From the human T2T-CHM13v2.0 reference genome, Homo sapiens: a stretch of DNA of 64,000 nucleotides. The stretch is taken from NCBI RefSeq assembly GCF_009914755.1, contig NC_060931.1; one strand, 5' to 3'. The position numbers were made by a program, and so were the translations under genes. Shown piece by piece: positions 12,058 to 26,600 of this stretch; position 1 is the first letter of the stretch; the number at the start of each line of letters is the position of its first letter. The notes beneath the pieces were generated by a model. The model was not told the origin of the DNA. It worked only from the letters and a program-made list of their open reading frames with translations, and did no database searches.

Positions 12058-15000
12058 GATTTTTAAAAATTTTGTGGCTACATAGTAGGTATATATATTC
12101 ATGAGGTATATGAGATGTTTTGATACAAGCATGCAAAGTGAAATAAGCACATCATGGCGAATGGGATATGCATCCCCTGAAGCATTTATCCTTTGAGGTA
12201 CAAACAACCCAATTACCACTCTAAGTTATTTAAAAATGTACAATTAAGTTATTATTGACTATACACACCCATATGTGCTATTAAATAGTAGGTCTTATTC
12301 ATTCTTTATAACTATTTTTTTGTACCCATTAACCATCTTCACCTCCACACCCAGCTCCACTATCCTTCCTAGCTTCTGGTAACCATCCTTCTGCTCTCTA
12401 TGTTCATTAGTTCAATTGTTTTGATGTTTAGATCCCACAAATAAGGGAAGCATGTGTGTTGTTTTCTATGCCTGTCTTATTTCACTTATTTCACAACAAC
12501 ATCATAATCCAGTTCTATCCTTGAAAATGACTGAATCTCTCTTTTTTATGACTCAGTAGTACTCCATTGTACATATGTCCCACATTTTCTTTATCCATTT
12601 ATCTGTTGATGGGCACTTACTTTGCTTCCAAATCTTAGCTATTGTAAACAGTGCTGCAACAAACATAGACATGCAGATATCTCTTTAACATATGCATTTC
12701 CTTTATTTGGGGTATATACCCAGCAATGGGATTACTGGATCATATGGTAGCTCTGTTTTTAGTTTTTTGAGGACCCTCCAAACTTTTCTCCACAGTGGTT
12801 GGACTAATTTACATTCCTACCAACCACGTACAAAGGTTCTCTTTTCTCCACATTATCACTAGCATTTGTTATTGCCTGTCTTTTGGATATAGGTCATTTT
12901 TACTAAGGTGAGATGATATCTCCTGGTAGTTTTGATTTGCACTTCTCTGATGATAAATGATGATGAGCACCATTTCATGTGTCTGTTTGCCATTTGTATG
13001 TCTTCTTTTGAGAAATGGCTATGCAGACTTTTGCCCATTTTTTGATCAGATTATTAGATTTTTATCCTAGAGGTTTGTTTGAGCTCCTTACATATTTCTG
13101 TTTATTACTTCTTGTCAAGTGGGTAGTTTGCAAATATTTTCTCCCATTCTGTGGATTATCTCTTTGCTTTGTTGATTGTATCCTTTGCTGTGCAGAAGCT
13201 TTTTAATTTGATGTGATCCCATTTTTCCAGTTTTGCTTTGGTTGCCTGGGCTTGTGGAGTGCTGTTCAAGAAATTTTTGACCACACCAATGTCCTGGAGA
13301 TTTCCTCAGTGTTTTCTTGTAGTGCTTTCATAATTTGAGGTCTTAGATTTATTCATTACTTCAGAATCCGTTTTGATTTGATTTTTGTATATGGTGACAG
13401 ACAGGGGTCTAGCTTCATTCTTCTTCATATGGATATGCAGTTTTCCTAGCACTGCTTATTGAAGAGACTATGTTTTCTCCAGTGTGTGTTCTTGCCACCT
13501 TTGTTAAAAGTTCACTGTAGATGTGGATTTGTTTTTGGGTTCTCTATTCTGTTCAATTGGTCTATGTGTCTCTTTTTATGCCACCACCATGCTGTTTTGG
13601 TTACTATAGCTCTGTAGTGTAATTTGAAGTCAGATAATTTGATTAATCCAGTTTTGTTCTTTTTGCTTGGGATAGGTTTGGCTATTCTGGGTCTTTTGTG
13701 GTTTCATGTAAATTGTAGGGATTTTTTTCTGTTTCTCTGAAGAATGTCATTGATATTTACACAGTGATTATATTGAATCTGTAGATTGTTTTGGGTAGTA
13801 TGAACATTTTAACAATATTGATTCCTCCATCCCATTAGCATGGAATATCCTTCCTTGTATGTGTGTGTGTATGTGTTTATGTGTGTGTCCTCTACAGTTT
13901 CTTTCATCAGTGTTTTGTAGTTTTCATTATAGGGATCTCTCACTTATTTGGTTAATTCCCAGGTATTTAATTTTATCAGTGGCTATTGTAAATGGGTTTA
14001 CCTTTTATTTCCTTTTCAGATTGTTCACTGTTGGCATATGGAAGTGCTACTGATTTTTGTATGCTGATCTTGTATCCTGAAAATTTACTGAATTTTTAAA
14101 TCAGTTCTAATCGTTTATTAGTGGAGTCTTTAGGCTTTTCCAAATATTAAATTATATCATCTGCATACAGGGGTAATTTGACTTCTTCCTTTCCAATTTG
14201 GATATCCTTTATATTTTCTCTTGTGTGCTTTATCTTGTGTGCTTGCTAAAACTTCCAGTATGTTGAATAGCACTGGTGACAGTGGGCATCCTTTTCATGT
14301 TCCAGATCTCAGAAGAAAGTCTTTCATCTTTTCCCCATTAGGTATTATACAAGCTGTGGGTTCATCATATATGGTTTTTATTGTGTTGAGGTGTGTTTCT
14401 TCTATCCCCAGTTTTTTCAGGGTTTTTATCATGATGGAATGTTGAATTTCATCAAATACTTTTTCAGCATCAATTGAAATAATCTTATGCTTTTTATCTT
14501 TCATTCTGTTGATATGATGTATCACATTAATTGATTTGAAAATGGTGTACCACATTAATTGATTTGCATATGTTAGGCTATCCTTGCATCCCAGGGATAA
14601 ATCCCACTTGTCCATAATGAATGATCTCTCTAATGTATTGTTGAATTCTATTTGCTAGTATTTTGTGAGGATTTTTGCATCTACCTTCAACAGAGTTTTT
14701 GGCCTATAGTTTTATTTATTTATTTAATTACTTATTTTTTTTTTGACATGTCTTTGGTTTAGGTGTCAGGTTAATACTGGCCTTGTAGAATGAGTTTGGA
14801 AGTATACCCTACTCCTCTATTTTTCTTTTAATAGCTTCAGTAGGATTGATATTAGTTCTTCTTTTATGTTTGGTATAACTCAGCAGTGAAGCCATCAGGT
14901 CTTAGGATTTTCTTTACTGGGAGATATTTTATTACGGCTTCTATCTCATTTCTTGTTATTGGTTTGTTCAGGCTTTGGATTTCTTCCTGGTTCAATCTTG

Positions 15001-18000
15001 GTAGGTTGTATGTGGCTAGGACTTTTTCCATTTCTTCTAGATTATCCAATTTATTGGCATATACTGGCTCTTGTTAGCTGCTAATGAGCCTTTAAATATC
15101 TGTAGTATCAGCGGTAATGTCTTCTTTATTATTTCTAATTTTATTCATTTGGATCTTCTCTCCTTTTTTTTTTTTAGTCTTGCTAATGGATTGTCAATTT
15201 TGTTTAACTTTTCAAAAAGACAACTTTTTATTTCATCAATCTTTTGTATCTTTTTATTTCATTTTTCTGTTCTGATTTTATTTTATTTTTTCTAGTAACT
15301 GTGGGTACAGTTTGCATTTGCTCTTATAGTTCTTTAAGATTCATTATTAGATTGTTCATTAGAAGTTTTTCCTCTTACTTGATGTAGGCACTTTTAGCAA
15401 TAAAATTCCCTCTTAGTGCTGCTTTTGTTGTATTCCATAGGATTTGGTATCTTGTATTTCCAATATGATATGTTTCAAAGAATTTTTCAATTTCCTTATC
15501 AGTTTCTTCGGGGACTGACTGGTCATTCAGAAGCATATTGTTGAATTTCCATGCTTTTGTATAATTTCCAAAATTCCTCTTGTTAAATTTCTGTTTTTAT
15601 TTCATTGTGATCAGAGAAGATGCTTGATATTTCAATTTTTTGAATGTTTTAAGACTTGTTTTGTGATCTAAATTATAGTCTATCCTTGAGAATAATCCAT
15701 GTGCTAAGGATAGGAGAATAATGTTTATTCTGCATCCAATTGATGAAATGGTCTGTAAGTACTTATTAGATTCATTTGGTCTATAGTGCAGATTAAGTCT
15801 GATTTTTTTTGTTGATCTTCTATCTGGAAAATTTGTCCAATGCTGTAAATGGGTCATGAAGTCTCCAATTGTTATTGCATTGGGGCCTATCTCTCTCTTA
15901 CGCTCTAATGATATTTACTTTATATATCTGGATACTTCAGTGTTCAGTGCAGATATATTTAAAATTGTTATATCCTCTCACTGAATTGACCCCTTTACCT
16001 TTATATAGTAACATTTTTTCTCTCCTTATAGTTTTTGTCTTGAAATCTATTTCGTCTAATATAAGTATAGCTACTCCTGCTTTTTTTCAGTTTCCATTCA
16101 CATGGAATATCTTTTTTCATTTAAAAAAAATTTCACTGTGTGAGTCTTTACAGATTAAGTGTGTTTCTTGTAAGCACCGGATCAATGGGTCTTGTTTTTT
16201 CATCCATTTATCTAGTCTAAGTCTTTTGATTGGAGAGTTTAGTTCATTTACATTCAATGTTATTATTGATAAGTAAGAACTTCTGCTATTTTGTTATTTG
16301 TTTTATGGTTTTCTCTTTCTTCTTTCCTTCCTGTATTTTTCTATGAAGTTAATTTTTTCCAGTGATATGATTAAGTTTCTTGCTTTTTATTTTTGTGCAT
16401 CCATTGTATGTTTTTTGGTTTGAGGTTATAATGAGGCTTGCAAATACTATCTTATAACCCATTATTTTAACCTGACAACAACTTAACACTATTTGCATAA
16501 ACAGGAAAACAAATAAGGAAAAGGAAACGTAATAAAAACTCTACATCTTAACTTTGTCCACCCACTTTTTAACTTTTTGTTGTTTCTATTTTTATCTTAT
16601 TGTACTATGTCTTAAAAAGTTGTTGTAGTTATTGTTTTTGATCGGTTCGTAGTTTAGTATTTCTACTTATGATAAGGGTAGTTTACATACCACAGTTACA
16701 ATGATATTATATTCTGTATTTTTCTGTGTACTTACTATGTACCTTCAGGTGATTATTTATTGCTCATTAATGTTCTTTTCTTTCTGATTGAAACACTCCC
16801 TTTAGCATTTCTTTAGGAAAGGTCTGGTATTGATGAACTACCTCAACTTTTGTTTGTCTCACAAAGTCTTTATTTCACCTTTATGTTTGGTGGATATTTT
16901 TGCCAGATGTACTCTTCTAGGGTAAAAGTTTTTTCTTTCAGCGTTTTATATATGTCATGCCACTCTCTGCTGCATTGTAAGTTTCCCAGTGAAAAGTCTG
17001 CTTCCAGGCATATTGATGCTCCATTTTATGTTATTTGTTTCTTTTCTCTTACTGCTTGTAGGATCTTTCCTTATCCTTAACCTTTGAGAGTATGAATATT
17101 AAATGCCTCCAGGCAATTTTCTTTGGGTGAAATCTGTGTTCTATTCCCTTCTTGTACTTGAATATTAATATCTTTCCCTAGGTTTGGGAAGTTTTGAATA
17201 AACTGTCTACCCATATTTCCTTCTCAACTTCCTGATTAAGGCCAATAACTCTTAGATTTGCAATTTTGAGGCTATTTCCTAGATCCTGTAGGCATGCTTC
17301 ATTATTTTGTATTCCTTTGTCTTTTGTCTCCTCTGACTGTGTTTTCAAATAGCCTGTCTCTAAGCTGACTAATTCTTCTGCTTGGTCAGTTCTGCTATTA
17401 AAGGACTCTGATGCATTCTCCAGGACACCAATTTCATTTTTCAGCTCCAGAATTTCTGCTTGATTCTTTTAAATTATATCAATCTCTTTGTTAAATTTAT
17501 CTGACAAAGTTCTGAATTTCTTCTTTGTGTTTTCTTAAAATTTTTGTGCTTTTCTAACACAGCTATATTAAATTCTCTGTCAAAAGGTCTTATAATATCT
17601 GTTTCTCCAGGATTGGTCCCTGATGTTTTATTTAGTTTATTTGATGAGGTCATATTTTCCTGGATGGTGTTGATGTTAGTAGATCTTTGATGTGTGGACA
17701 TTGAAGAGTTAGGTAATTATTGCAGTCTTCACTGTCTGGGCTTATTTGTAGCCATCATTCTTGGGAAAGCTTTCCAGAACTTGGTTTTTGTGATTTAACC
17801 TGTATTCACTTTTGGGGCCACCCAAGCCTAGTAATATTGTGGTTCTTGCAGATTCATGCAGGTACCATCTTCATGGTCTTGGACAAGATCTAGGGGAATT
17901 ATCTGGATTACCATACAGAGATTTTTTTTCTATTCCCTTACATTCTCCCAAACATACAGAGGCCTTCTTTTGCTGTTTCAGCCACCTAAAACTGGGGGCA

Positions 18001-19575
18001 GAGTGACATAAACACCCCTGTGTCCACCACCAATATGGCTGTCCTGGGTCAGACCCGAAGCCAGCACAGCACTGGGTCTCACCTAGAGCCTGCTGTAATG
18101 ACTCCCTGGCTACTGTCTATGTTTGCTCAAGGTTCTACAGCTCTACTATCAGCAGGTGGCAAAGCCAGCCAGACCCTGTCTTTCCCTTCAGGATGGCAAG
18201 CTCCCCCAGGCCAAGGGTGGGTCTAGAAAAGCTGTCTGGAAGTCGGGAACTGCAGTCAGAAACCTTAGTCTACCTTGTGTTCTATCGTATTGTGGCTGAG
18301 CTGGCATTCAAACCACAAGATGCAGTCCTTCCCATTCTTTTCTCCCCTTTCCAAAGGCAGAGGAGCCTCACCCCATAGCCACTGCCACCCTAGGCCACGA
18401 GGAGTACTGCAAGACTACTGCTGATACTCCCTTAAGGCCCAAGGTCTTTTAAGTCAGCTTGTTGTGAATACTGCCTGGCCTAGGACTCACCCTTCAGGGC
18501 AGGGGGCTTCTCTGTGGCCCAGGGCAGGTCCAGAAATGCCATCCAAGAGTCAAGTTCTTTAACTGGGGACCCTAATGGCCTCCTTAGTGCTCCAATCCCC
18601 TGTGACTGTGCTGATACCTGAACTCAGTTGTAGAGGCTCACCCAAGGCCCGCAATGTAGTACCTGGGTATTGCTGCTGGTTATTTAGGGTTGAAGGGCTC
18701 TTCGGTTAGCAGATGATAAATGCTTCCCAGAGTATGTCCTTTCCTTCAAAGTAGTGGGTTCCCCTCTGGCCAAGGATGTGTCTAGAAATGTCATCCAGGA
18801 GCTTGGGCCTGGGACAGGGGCCTCACGACTCTGACCAGTGTCCTATCCTACTGTAGTTGAGCTGGTATCCTAGATGCAAAACCAAGTCCTCTGCACTCTT
18901 CCCTCTCCTCTCAAGTGGAAGGAATGGGTCTCCTTTTGAGCAACAAGCTGTGCATCCTGAGTTTAGGGGAGGGGTGATGTCAGCACTGCCTTGGCTCCTC
19001 TAGCTGGTGTCTCAGTCCACTGAGTCCACTGTCTCTGGAGCTAGTTCAGCACTAAGACTTGAGTGAGAATTGCAGTCCTTATGGCCTAGACTGCCTTTCA
19101 AGTTTACTTGGAAATACAGAAGCTACAGCCTTCAGTGGTGAGTTCAATTTTAGACCACTAGGATCAATAATTTCCCTCTGACTAGGGCTGGCTAGGGCTG
19201 GTTTAAATGCTCCCTCCACAGCTAGTGCATCAGCTCAGTTTGGCCCAACTTTCCTTTCTGCTCTAACAGGGCAACACTTAGCTAAATGCTTCACAATTGG
19301 CTCTCCCTCCCGCAGCACCCAGAAAAGCTGTCTATGTCAGGCATCCCACCATGCGCATGTGTGCTTGGGGAGGGGGATGGGCGTCGGTGATTCAGAAGTG
19401 TTTTTTTCTATCTTTTCAGTGATATGAAGTTAAAACCAGGTACTATGAGTGCTCACTTGATTGTTGGTTTTTATAAAGGTGTTTTTTTTCTGTGTAGATA
19501 GTTGTTAAATTGGTGTCCTTGCAGACAGGACAATCAGTGCAGCTTTCTATGCCACTGTCTTTCTCTGCCTCCTCC
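12058..19575 (-). mobile_element. Near full-length, inactive L1 (L1MA1-3-like)
   Basis: L1MA-type 3'UTR (catagtaggtatatatattcatg...); ORF2 RT fragments ([27 protein letters not shown]; [11 protein letters not shown]); EN and ORF1 remnants; GC-richer 5'UTR ending near 19575; many stops. Confidence 0.93.
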
Positions 19576-19579
19576 AATA

Positions 19580-19860
19580 TCTTGCTGCTCACCATTTCTT
19601 CTTGTATTTCCAATTCTTCATCTAAGATCACTTTTCTTATGTAGTCTATTCTTTGTAATTTTATCTAATTAATAATCAATTAATGGTAAACTCCATTTTT
19701 GTTTTTCTGAACATGTCTGTTTTAATCTAATTCTTGATAAATAATTTTAATACATATAAAATTCTAGGTTGACTTTCATTATCTTTCTAGTTTTTGAGGA
19801 TATTAATCCTTTACCTGGTGACTTCCATTCTTGCTAAAAGCTCAGGTTTTTGTTAAATTA
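19580..19860 (-). mobile_element. Old L1ME/HAL1-like fragment
   Basis: ggtaaactc...tttgtttttctgaacatgtc...tataaaattctaggttgac; resembles antisense old L1 ORF1 region. Confidence 0.45.
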
Positions 19861-20239
19861 AATTGGTAGTAAGATAACTTGATTTTAATTGAATTTTTTT
19901 AAAACATACACATTTATTGTCCTGTATTGCACAATAATAAATTCTCATTTTATATCCCTTATATTTTTCCTCAGCCTGAGACTTTGGATCTAGTCTGTTC
20001 TTCCTTGCATAGTTATCTTCTCTTTATAAATGTAAATCATAGCTCTCTCCAGTGCCTTCCCACTCTATACCCAACTTGTTACCTCAGCCACCATACCAAA
20101 AATATGATCTATGTCCATAGAATTTCCAAGTCTCCAGGTTCTAGACTTAAGTCCTTGTTCATTTTGCCACTGACATAATTTCATTTATTCCTCCTCTTCT
20201 TTCTCCTCCTCTTGTTCTTCATCTTCCTCTTCTTCTAAA

Positions 20240-21000
20240 ATTTAAGCATTAATTTAAGTATGAAAATTCCAATAATTTTAACTGTGTAGTTTGATGAATT
20301 TGTGTCTATGTAAATATTTTATATATATATATGTATACATGTAATATACGTATACTATATGCACATACTATGTGTATGAATACAAATACACACATACAGA
20401 TATACACATAGATAACTACTACCTATATCAGAAAATTTAGAACATTTATAACATTCTAGCAGGCTCCCTTTTCCCGCATATAGTTGATATGCCACAAAGA
20501 CAAATTTTATTCTCACCTTTAGTAAGACAGATTTATTCTGCTTGGTTTTGAATATTTTTTAATGGAATGATACTATATGCACTCTTTATATCTGATGTCC
20601 TTCAACATTTTATAAGATTCATCCATTGTTTTATATAGTAGGGATACATTCATTTTAATTTATATGTACTATTCTCTTGTGTGAATATTCCAGAATTTAT
20701 TCATCAGTTATTCTCTTGGTAAACATTTGCATTATTTCCATTTTTTTGCTGTTATGAATAAGGCTGCTGTGAACATCTTGTGCATGCTTTTGATGGGCAT
20801 ACACATTCATTTTGTGGAGTTATATAGATAGGCAAAAAAGTAATTCCTGGGTCACAGAATATATGCATGTTTAGCTTTGAAAGATGTTGAGAAACAAGTT
20901 TTGTTTTCAAGCAATTGTATTAATCTTAATACCAGTTGTTCTACATCCTTGCCAATGCTTAGTATTTTTAGCTATTTTACTGTAGCCATCCTGTTGCTGA
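20240..21000 (-). mobile_element. L1ME-type 3' fragment with internal (TA/CA)n
   Basis: tgtgtagtttgatgaattt...ttatgaataaggctgctgtgaacatc...catccttgccaatgct. Confidence 0.7.
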
Positions 21001-21165
21001 GCCCTATTTTTAACTTTTGTTGAGGCCGTATGTCTGTTTCCAAACTGTGAACAATCAACAGGTAGTAGGTAGAACTTAGATCCTGGATCATTGAGTTATA
21101 CTTTATCAGTCACAATAATGTAAGTCAAAAAATAGGGATGGAAAAACATCCAGAATGGCTCTCTT

Positions 21166-21211
21166 GTGCTCTCTCTTGCTCTCTGTCTCTGTCTGTCCGT
21201 CTGTCTGTCTG

Positions 21212-21247
<36 letters not shown>

Positions 21248-21268
21248 ATATATATATACACACACACA
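21166..21268. repeat. Compound microsatellite (TC)/(TCTG)/(TA)/(CA)
   Basis: Direct reading. Confidence 0.95.
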
Positions 21269-21275
21269 ATCCCCT

Positions 21276-21577
21276 TTGTAATATATATATTTATTTAATT
21301 ATATATTGCTATATATATAACATATATAGACATATTTATTATATATAATATTATATATTAAATATATATTATATAAATATATATTTTATTGAGTACAAAT
21401 AGATTAAAAAATGGGATAAATGATGTAACTACTTGTAATATATATTTAATTATATATGTAAATATATATGTATATATCACATAGTTACATATATATTACA
21501 TATATAAATATATAATTATCTTATTGAAGTACAAATGGATTGAAAAAATGGGATAAATGATGTAACTACTTGTTAAT
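21276..21577. repeat. AT-rich tandem duplication (units about 140-155 bp)
   Basis: agtacaaat(a/g)gatt...aaaaaatgggataaatgatgtaactacttgt occurs twice, each preceded by (TA)-rich stretch. Confidence 0.85.
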
Positions 21578-22239
21578 TACTGTAACTTGTATACCAGATA
21601 GAAGCTTAGCTGCAACACAGACCAAATTTCCAGGATATCAATTTCAGTTAACATGTGGATTTAAACTATTAGTAGGAGACTACACAGGCACTATGGGTAT
21701 AAAAAAAACCATGAGGATTGAGCAGGCTGTCTTCTCCTGGCACTAATACTCACAGATAGGGAGTTAGAACTAAACATAAATAATTCTGAAAAATGTCAAA
21801 GCAGGAATTCCAAAAGAGTTATAAAAATGAAAACCGCAATTGTTCCATGAGCTCAACAGAAGGAGATTTTTTTGGTAGTTTGAATTGTAGAAATCAGAGA
21901 GAATGAATAAAGAATATACTATTTTATTTGTTTCTTGAGGAAAGCGAAGATTTCAATCGGTAAAATTGTTAGAAGGTTTTTTTTTTTTTAAGTTGAAGAA
22001 ACAGCATCAGTAAAGACTAACTTCATGTTATAAAAGTGTAGATTGATTGATTCATTGATTTTAAGTAGAAAGATGAGTTTTCTTTGGTTGAAATAAAAAG
22101 TTACTGAATAATAAGACAGATCCTGGCATAGAAATGGAATAATTACTGACTAAATAGTAGAACAACAGAATAGAAGGATGAAAGAATAAATGAAAGAGTC
22201 TATTAATGAGTGAATAATCAATAAATTAGTAAAATTAGG

Positions 22240-22725
22240 TTTTTGGCTCACAGTTCTCCAGGGGTCCCTTGCATTGTTGCATGTCTTGTGAGTAAACACT
22301 GATTGCCCTTTTTTTCCCCCCAGAACTCTCTTCTCAAGAATGTTTTTATAGTGAATAGCTTTGTGAAATAGAGGTTTTTCAGAAACAAAATGAAGTTTTG
22401 CTTACTGTCCAATACAATAAGGAGAATGTCTTCTGGGCATAAAGGACATTTAAGAAGCTTCGGATTCCCTGAGCTCTGGGTTCCCTGTGATGCACACTCA
22501 CTGCAATACAGTGTCTCTGCTCCTCCACAATGAACTTGCAGGACTTTAGGAGCAAGTGCAGATGCAAAAAGGGTGCTCACACTTCTTGCTGTACCATGAG
22601 TAAGAAATATCTCTATCTCAAACCCAGATGTTTCATGTATTCTACTAGCATCCCTGTAACTGGCAGACTAGCTGGTTCGCTTCCAAGTAGCATAAAATCT
22701 CAGACTCTTCTTCACAAAAGTAAAC
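22240..22725 (+). mobile_element. MER89-like ERV1 solo LTR
   Basis: ttctccaggggtcccttgcattgttgcatgtcttgtgag...gcttactgtccaatacaataa...aagtagcataaaatctcagac matches recalled MER89. Confidence 0.65.
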
Positions 22726-23360
22726 TTAAAAAAAATAATAAAAAGCTATATCAAGAGCTTTGGTTGACTTTTAAGAGGCTGCACTGAATTTAGCATTTAA
22801 ATTACTTTTCAATGGCAAGTAATTGTTTTGGAAAAGGAGGTTATTATATTTACGAAGGAACAAAAAAGCCTGTACCTTGAAATACTCTATTTCAATTTAT
22901 GAGTTTAAATATACAAACAAAAAGAAACTATATTCCTAAGAATGAAGAAATCTGGATTCTGGACCACTAGGTCTTTGTATAAAACTAATTTTGTCACTCC
23001 ATATCCCTGGGTTTTAGTATTATCATCTGTAAAATGAGTCACTACACGGTTTCTAAGTCACTAGATCTAAACTTTCATTTGCTCTCATGCTGCTACCTCA
23101 ATATCCAGAAGACTCCTGTGTTATATTAAAGACAATCCTCAGTATTTATTGCTTGGATAGTGGTCTAAATTTTTAACAAATGCCACATAGCAGACCTTTA
23201 TGCAAGACACTTTCTCATAACAGAGGAAATACTCATTTGTATTTATGTTGATCTAGAATGTTGTTCTTTTTTAAACAAAAAAAAAAGAGAGAGAGAGAGA
23301 AATCAGCAAATACAAGGCACTTTTCTTAGATTATTTTTCTAATTAGAATAATATAGAGCT

Positions 23361-23688
<328 letters not shown>

Positions 23689-26600
23689 TTATCTATGACA
23701 TATATAATACATAACATCTAGTATAATGCACGTTTTATATGTATATAATTCTATATTTGTCATCTTAATCAGGAAACATCTATACAATGTTCTTTTAATC
23801 ACAGATCTACTAGATCAATAGGGATTTGGCCACAAGAAATATATAAAATGGAGAACAACTGAAGTGTTACCTTTTATTTTTTAGAGTTTTCCCCACACGA
23901 AATATTCACCTAGAAGGAGTAGACATAAGATAAACTACTAGAATTCTCTCTGTCATTTCAATCTCTGATTCTCTGAAATTTTTGAGGGAATAAAAGAAAA
24001 GTACAAACAAACTTATTTACCATATTTCCTTAGAAAGGAAATATAAATTACTTGCTCAAATGTATTCCCTGGAAATACAGCCTGCTGTTACCCTTCTGGG
24101 ATAACATCTATTTTAGTTATTTGTTAGAAGTTAGTATTCTTCAACATTTCTCATTTGAGCATTTTATCCTAAAAGGTATGGATGCTAACTATACAAATCG
24201 AAAACTGTGCAGAGAACACTTTATGTTCCATCTAAATATATTTGTCACTTGTATGGAAGCTGTAATCTCAAAAAAGGACACAGCAAGACTCCTTAAATGT
24301 TAGTCCTTCATAGATGATTGCTCGTAAATGAAGGCTATTTTAAAATGCCTTGTGCACCAGCATAACTTCAGACCACTTGGCTTTTCTCACAGAAAAAAAA
24401 AAAAAATGGTGGCAAAGACAAGGGAAGGAAAGAGTCTTTTTATATCATGGGCAAAATTAAGAAATGCAGTGTTATACTCGTACTTCAGATAATTATGGAT
24501 TTACAATTATTCCAGTAAATTAGAGGAAAAGTTCAGTGGCCATTTCCTGGCGTGTATATCACTTATATCACTTAGTCCCCTTTACTGTTCCCATTTTTAC
24601 CAGAATAAATTACTGGATACTGATGGACCATCAAGAATTGTGTGTATATATGTGTTTAAACATGTATTAGCTAGTGAGAGAGAATATGCTAAATTACAGT
24701 TTTGAAATTCTTTGTCTAGATTGTATTACAAGTCATGGATAACTTTTAGAAGACTCGTGTTATAATATGTCTGCCTTTAATAAATTCAGAGTCATTGGGA
24801 AAATCAGAAACATTGAAGAGCAGTATAGCAATATATTAATAAGTCTACAAAGATTCTATTCTTAGGTCCATAATAATGTGATCACCACTGTGTATGTGGT
24901 AGGAGTTTAAACAGACAAAGATCAGTTATGGCTGGAATGATCAGTAGAGCTTAATGGAAAAGCTGAAGATCAGTTGACCTTGAATGCAGAGAGAATTTAA
25001 AGAATGCAAAGATAAGCAGGTGAATGAATTAATATATGAAGAACGAGTGAATGAATGAAAAGGAAGCAGAAAGGTGGAAATGAATAGCCAGATAGAAGGC
25101 ATTTTACATAATAAATATATTAGAACATGTTGTTGGGAGTTATCGATAAACAAAATGTTTACCGTCTCTATTCTCTTGGAGCCTACAATATAGTGGCAGA
25201 CTAATAGGCTTATGCAAGGGTTTGAGGCCAGAATGTGTCACATACATTTGAGAGTGTATTGAGAAGTAAAAATAAATACAAAAGTCATCATGTTAAAGTG
25301 AAAAGTAACCTCAGAGGTCACATAGATCAGTCACATTATATATAAGATATTTGAAGTGAAGAAGTGTCAAGAACTTAACCAAAGTGACACAGATTTTAGT
25401 ATCAGTGCAAAAAATGGGAACTGAATTATAAGATTTAGTATGGTATTCTTTGAGCCACATCAAATATCTCAACAGAAAGTTTAGGACCAGATAATGGAAA
25501 ATCTTAAAAGCGAGTCTACAATAGTAGAGCAAATATAAGTAATATTATAAGATGTTTTGCTAAAGAGTATCTTTTGTGTCTTGTAACTTTTATGATTACA
25601 TTTAGAAATATTAAGTAGCCATTTTCTTAATTTATATTTATATTAAATGGCATACATTATGGTATTTTTCTTTCACCTTATTTGATTTCTTTCTAAGTTT
25701 ATTGCATTGGTTTTTATATAAGGTATCGATCATGCATTATATAGAATTTGTCAGAACCAGAACCAATTATAGACAATATCAACCATGAGAAATGATCTAT
25801 GTATACATCTCATATGACACATATTGTGAATATTTTTCACAGACGTATAACTTCTATTTCAAAAGTAACTGTAAGGCAAGAAACAAATTGTTCCAAAGAC
25901 AGAGGTAATTTGCTACACTTCATTTTCTTACTGACCCATATGTACTCTTGGGGTTTCATCAGAGAGACTTCCTTATGAAATAGTTATTCATTGCCCCTGA
26001 TACATAGAGTATATGCTACAGAGAGAGGATAAAGCAATTATCTCTTTCATGCCTTGTAAGGACAATCAAGGAAAGCAAGATGAATCTTCACAAGTTCAGA
26101 AAGAGGAAATCTTCTGAGATTTCTCAGCGATGACTTCCCTTGGGGACCCTCTGGTTTCCTGCTGGCGGAAGTTCTCTTGTCAGAATCTTCCATTTGAGCA
26201 ATGCCACTGTCCTATTTATAGAACACCCGAAGAGATGATTCAGAGCAAAGAGAAAATTGTTAACTATAGAAGGAATTTATAAAGTTTTACTAGAATGACT
26301 AAACCTAGTGACATAGGAGGGTGAAAAATACAATCATTAAACAGTGTGACATTAACCTCCTTGAAGTCAATGCTTAGTAGAGTATCTGATACAAAATATG
26401 CCTCAAATAATGACAAAAGAATGAATTCATTAATGACCTTACAACTCTACATGTAAGATATTTTGTAACTGACTATGTAAAAATGTTTAGTCAGTGGGAC
26501 ACCATTTCTCCCCATACAATGAGTCATTCTACAAGGGAAAAACACACACTGTTTGTTTTTATATTACTGTTAAGATACAGAAACTATCTGCAGATATTAA

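Noticed and set aside
12045-19590. TSD for the long L1MA element
   Set aside because: Flanks (accatatgat versus aatatcttgc) do not match convincingly
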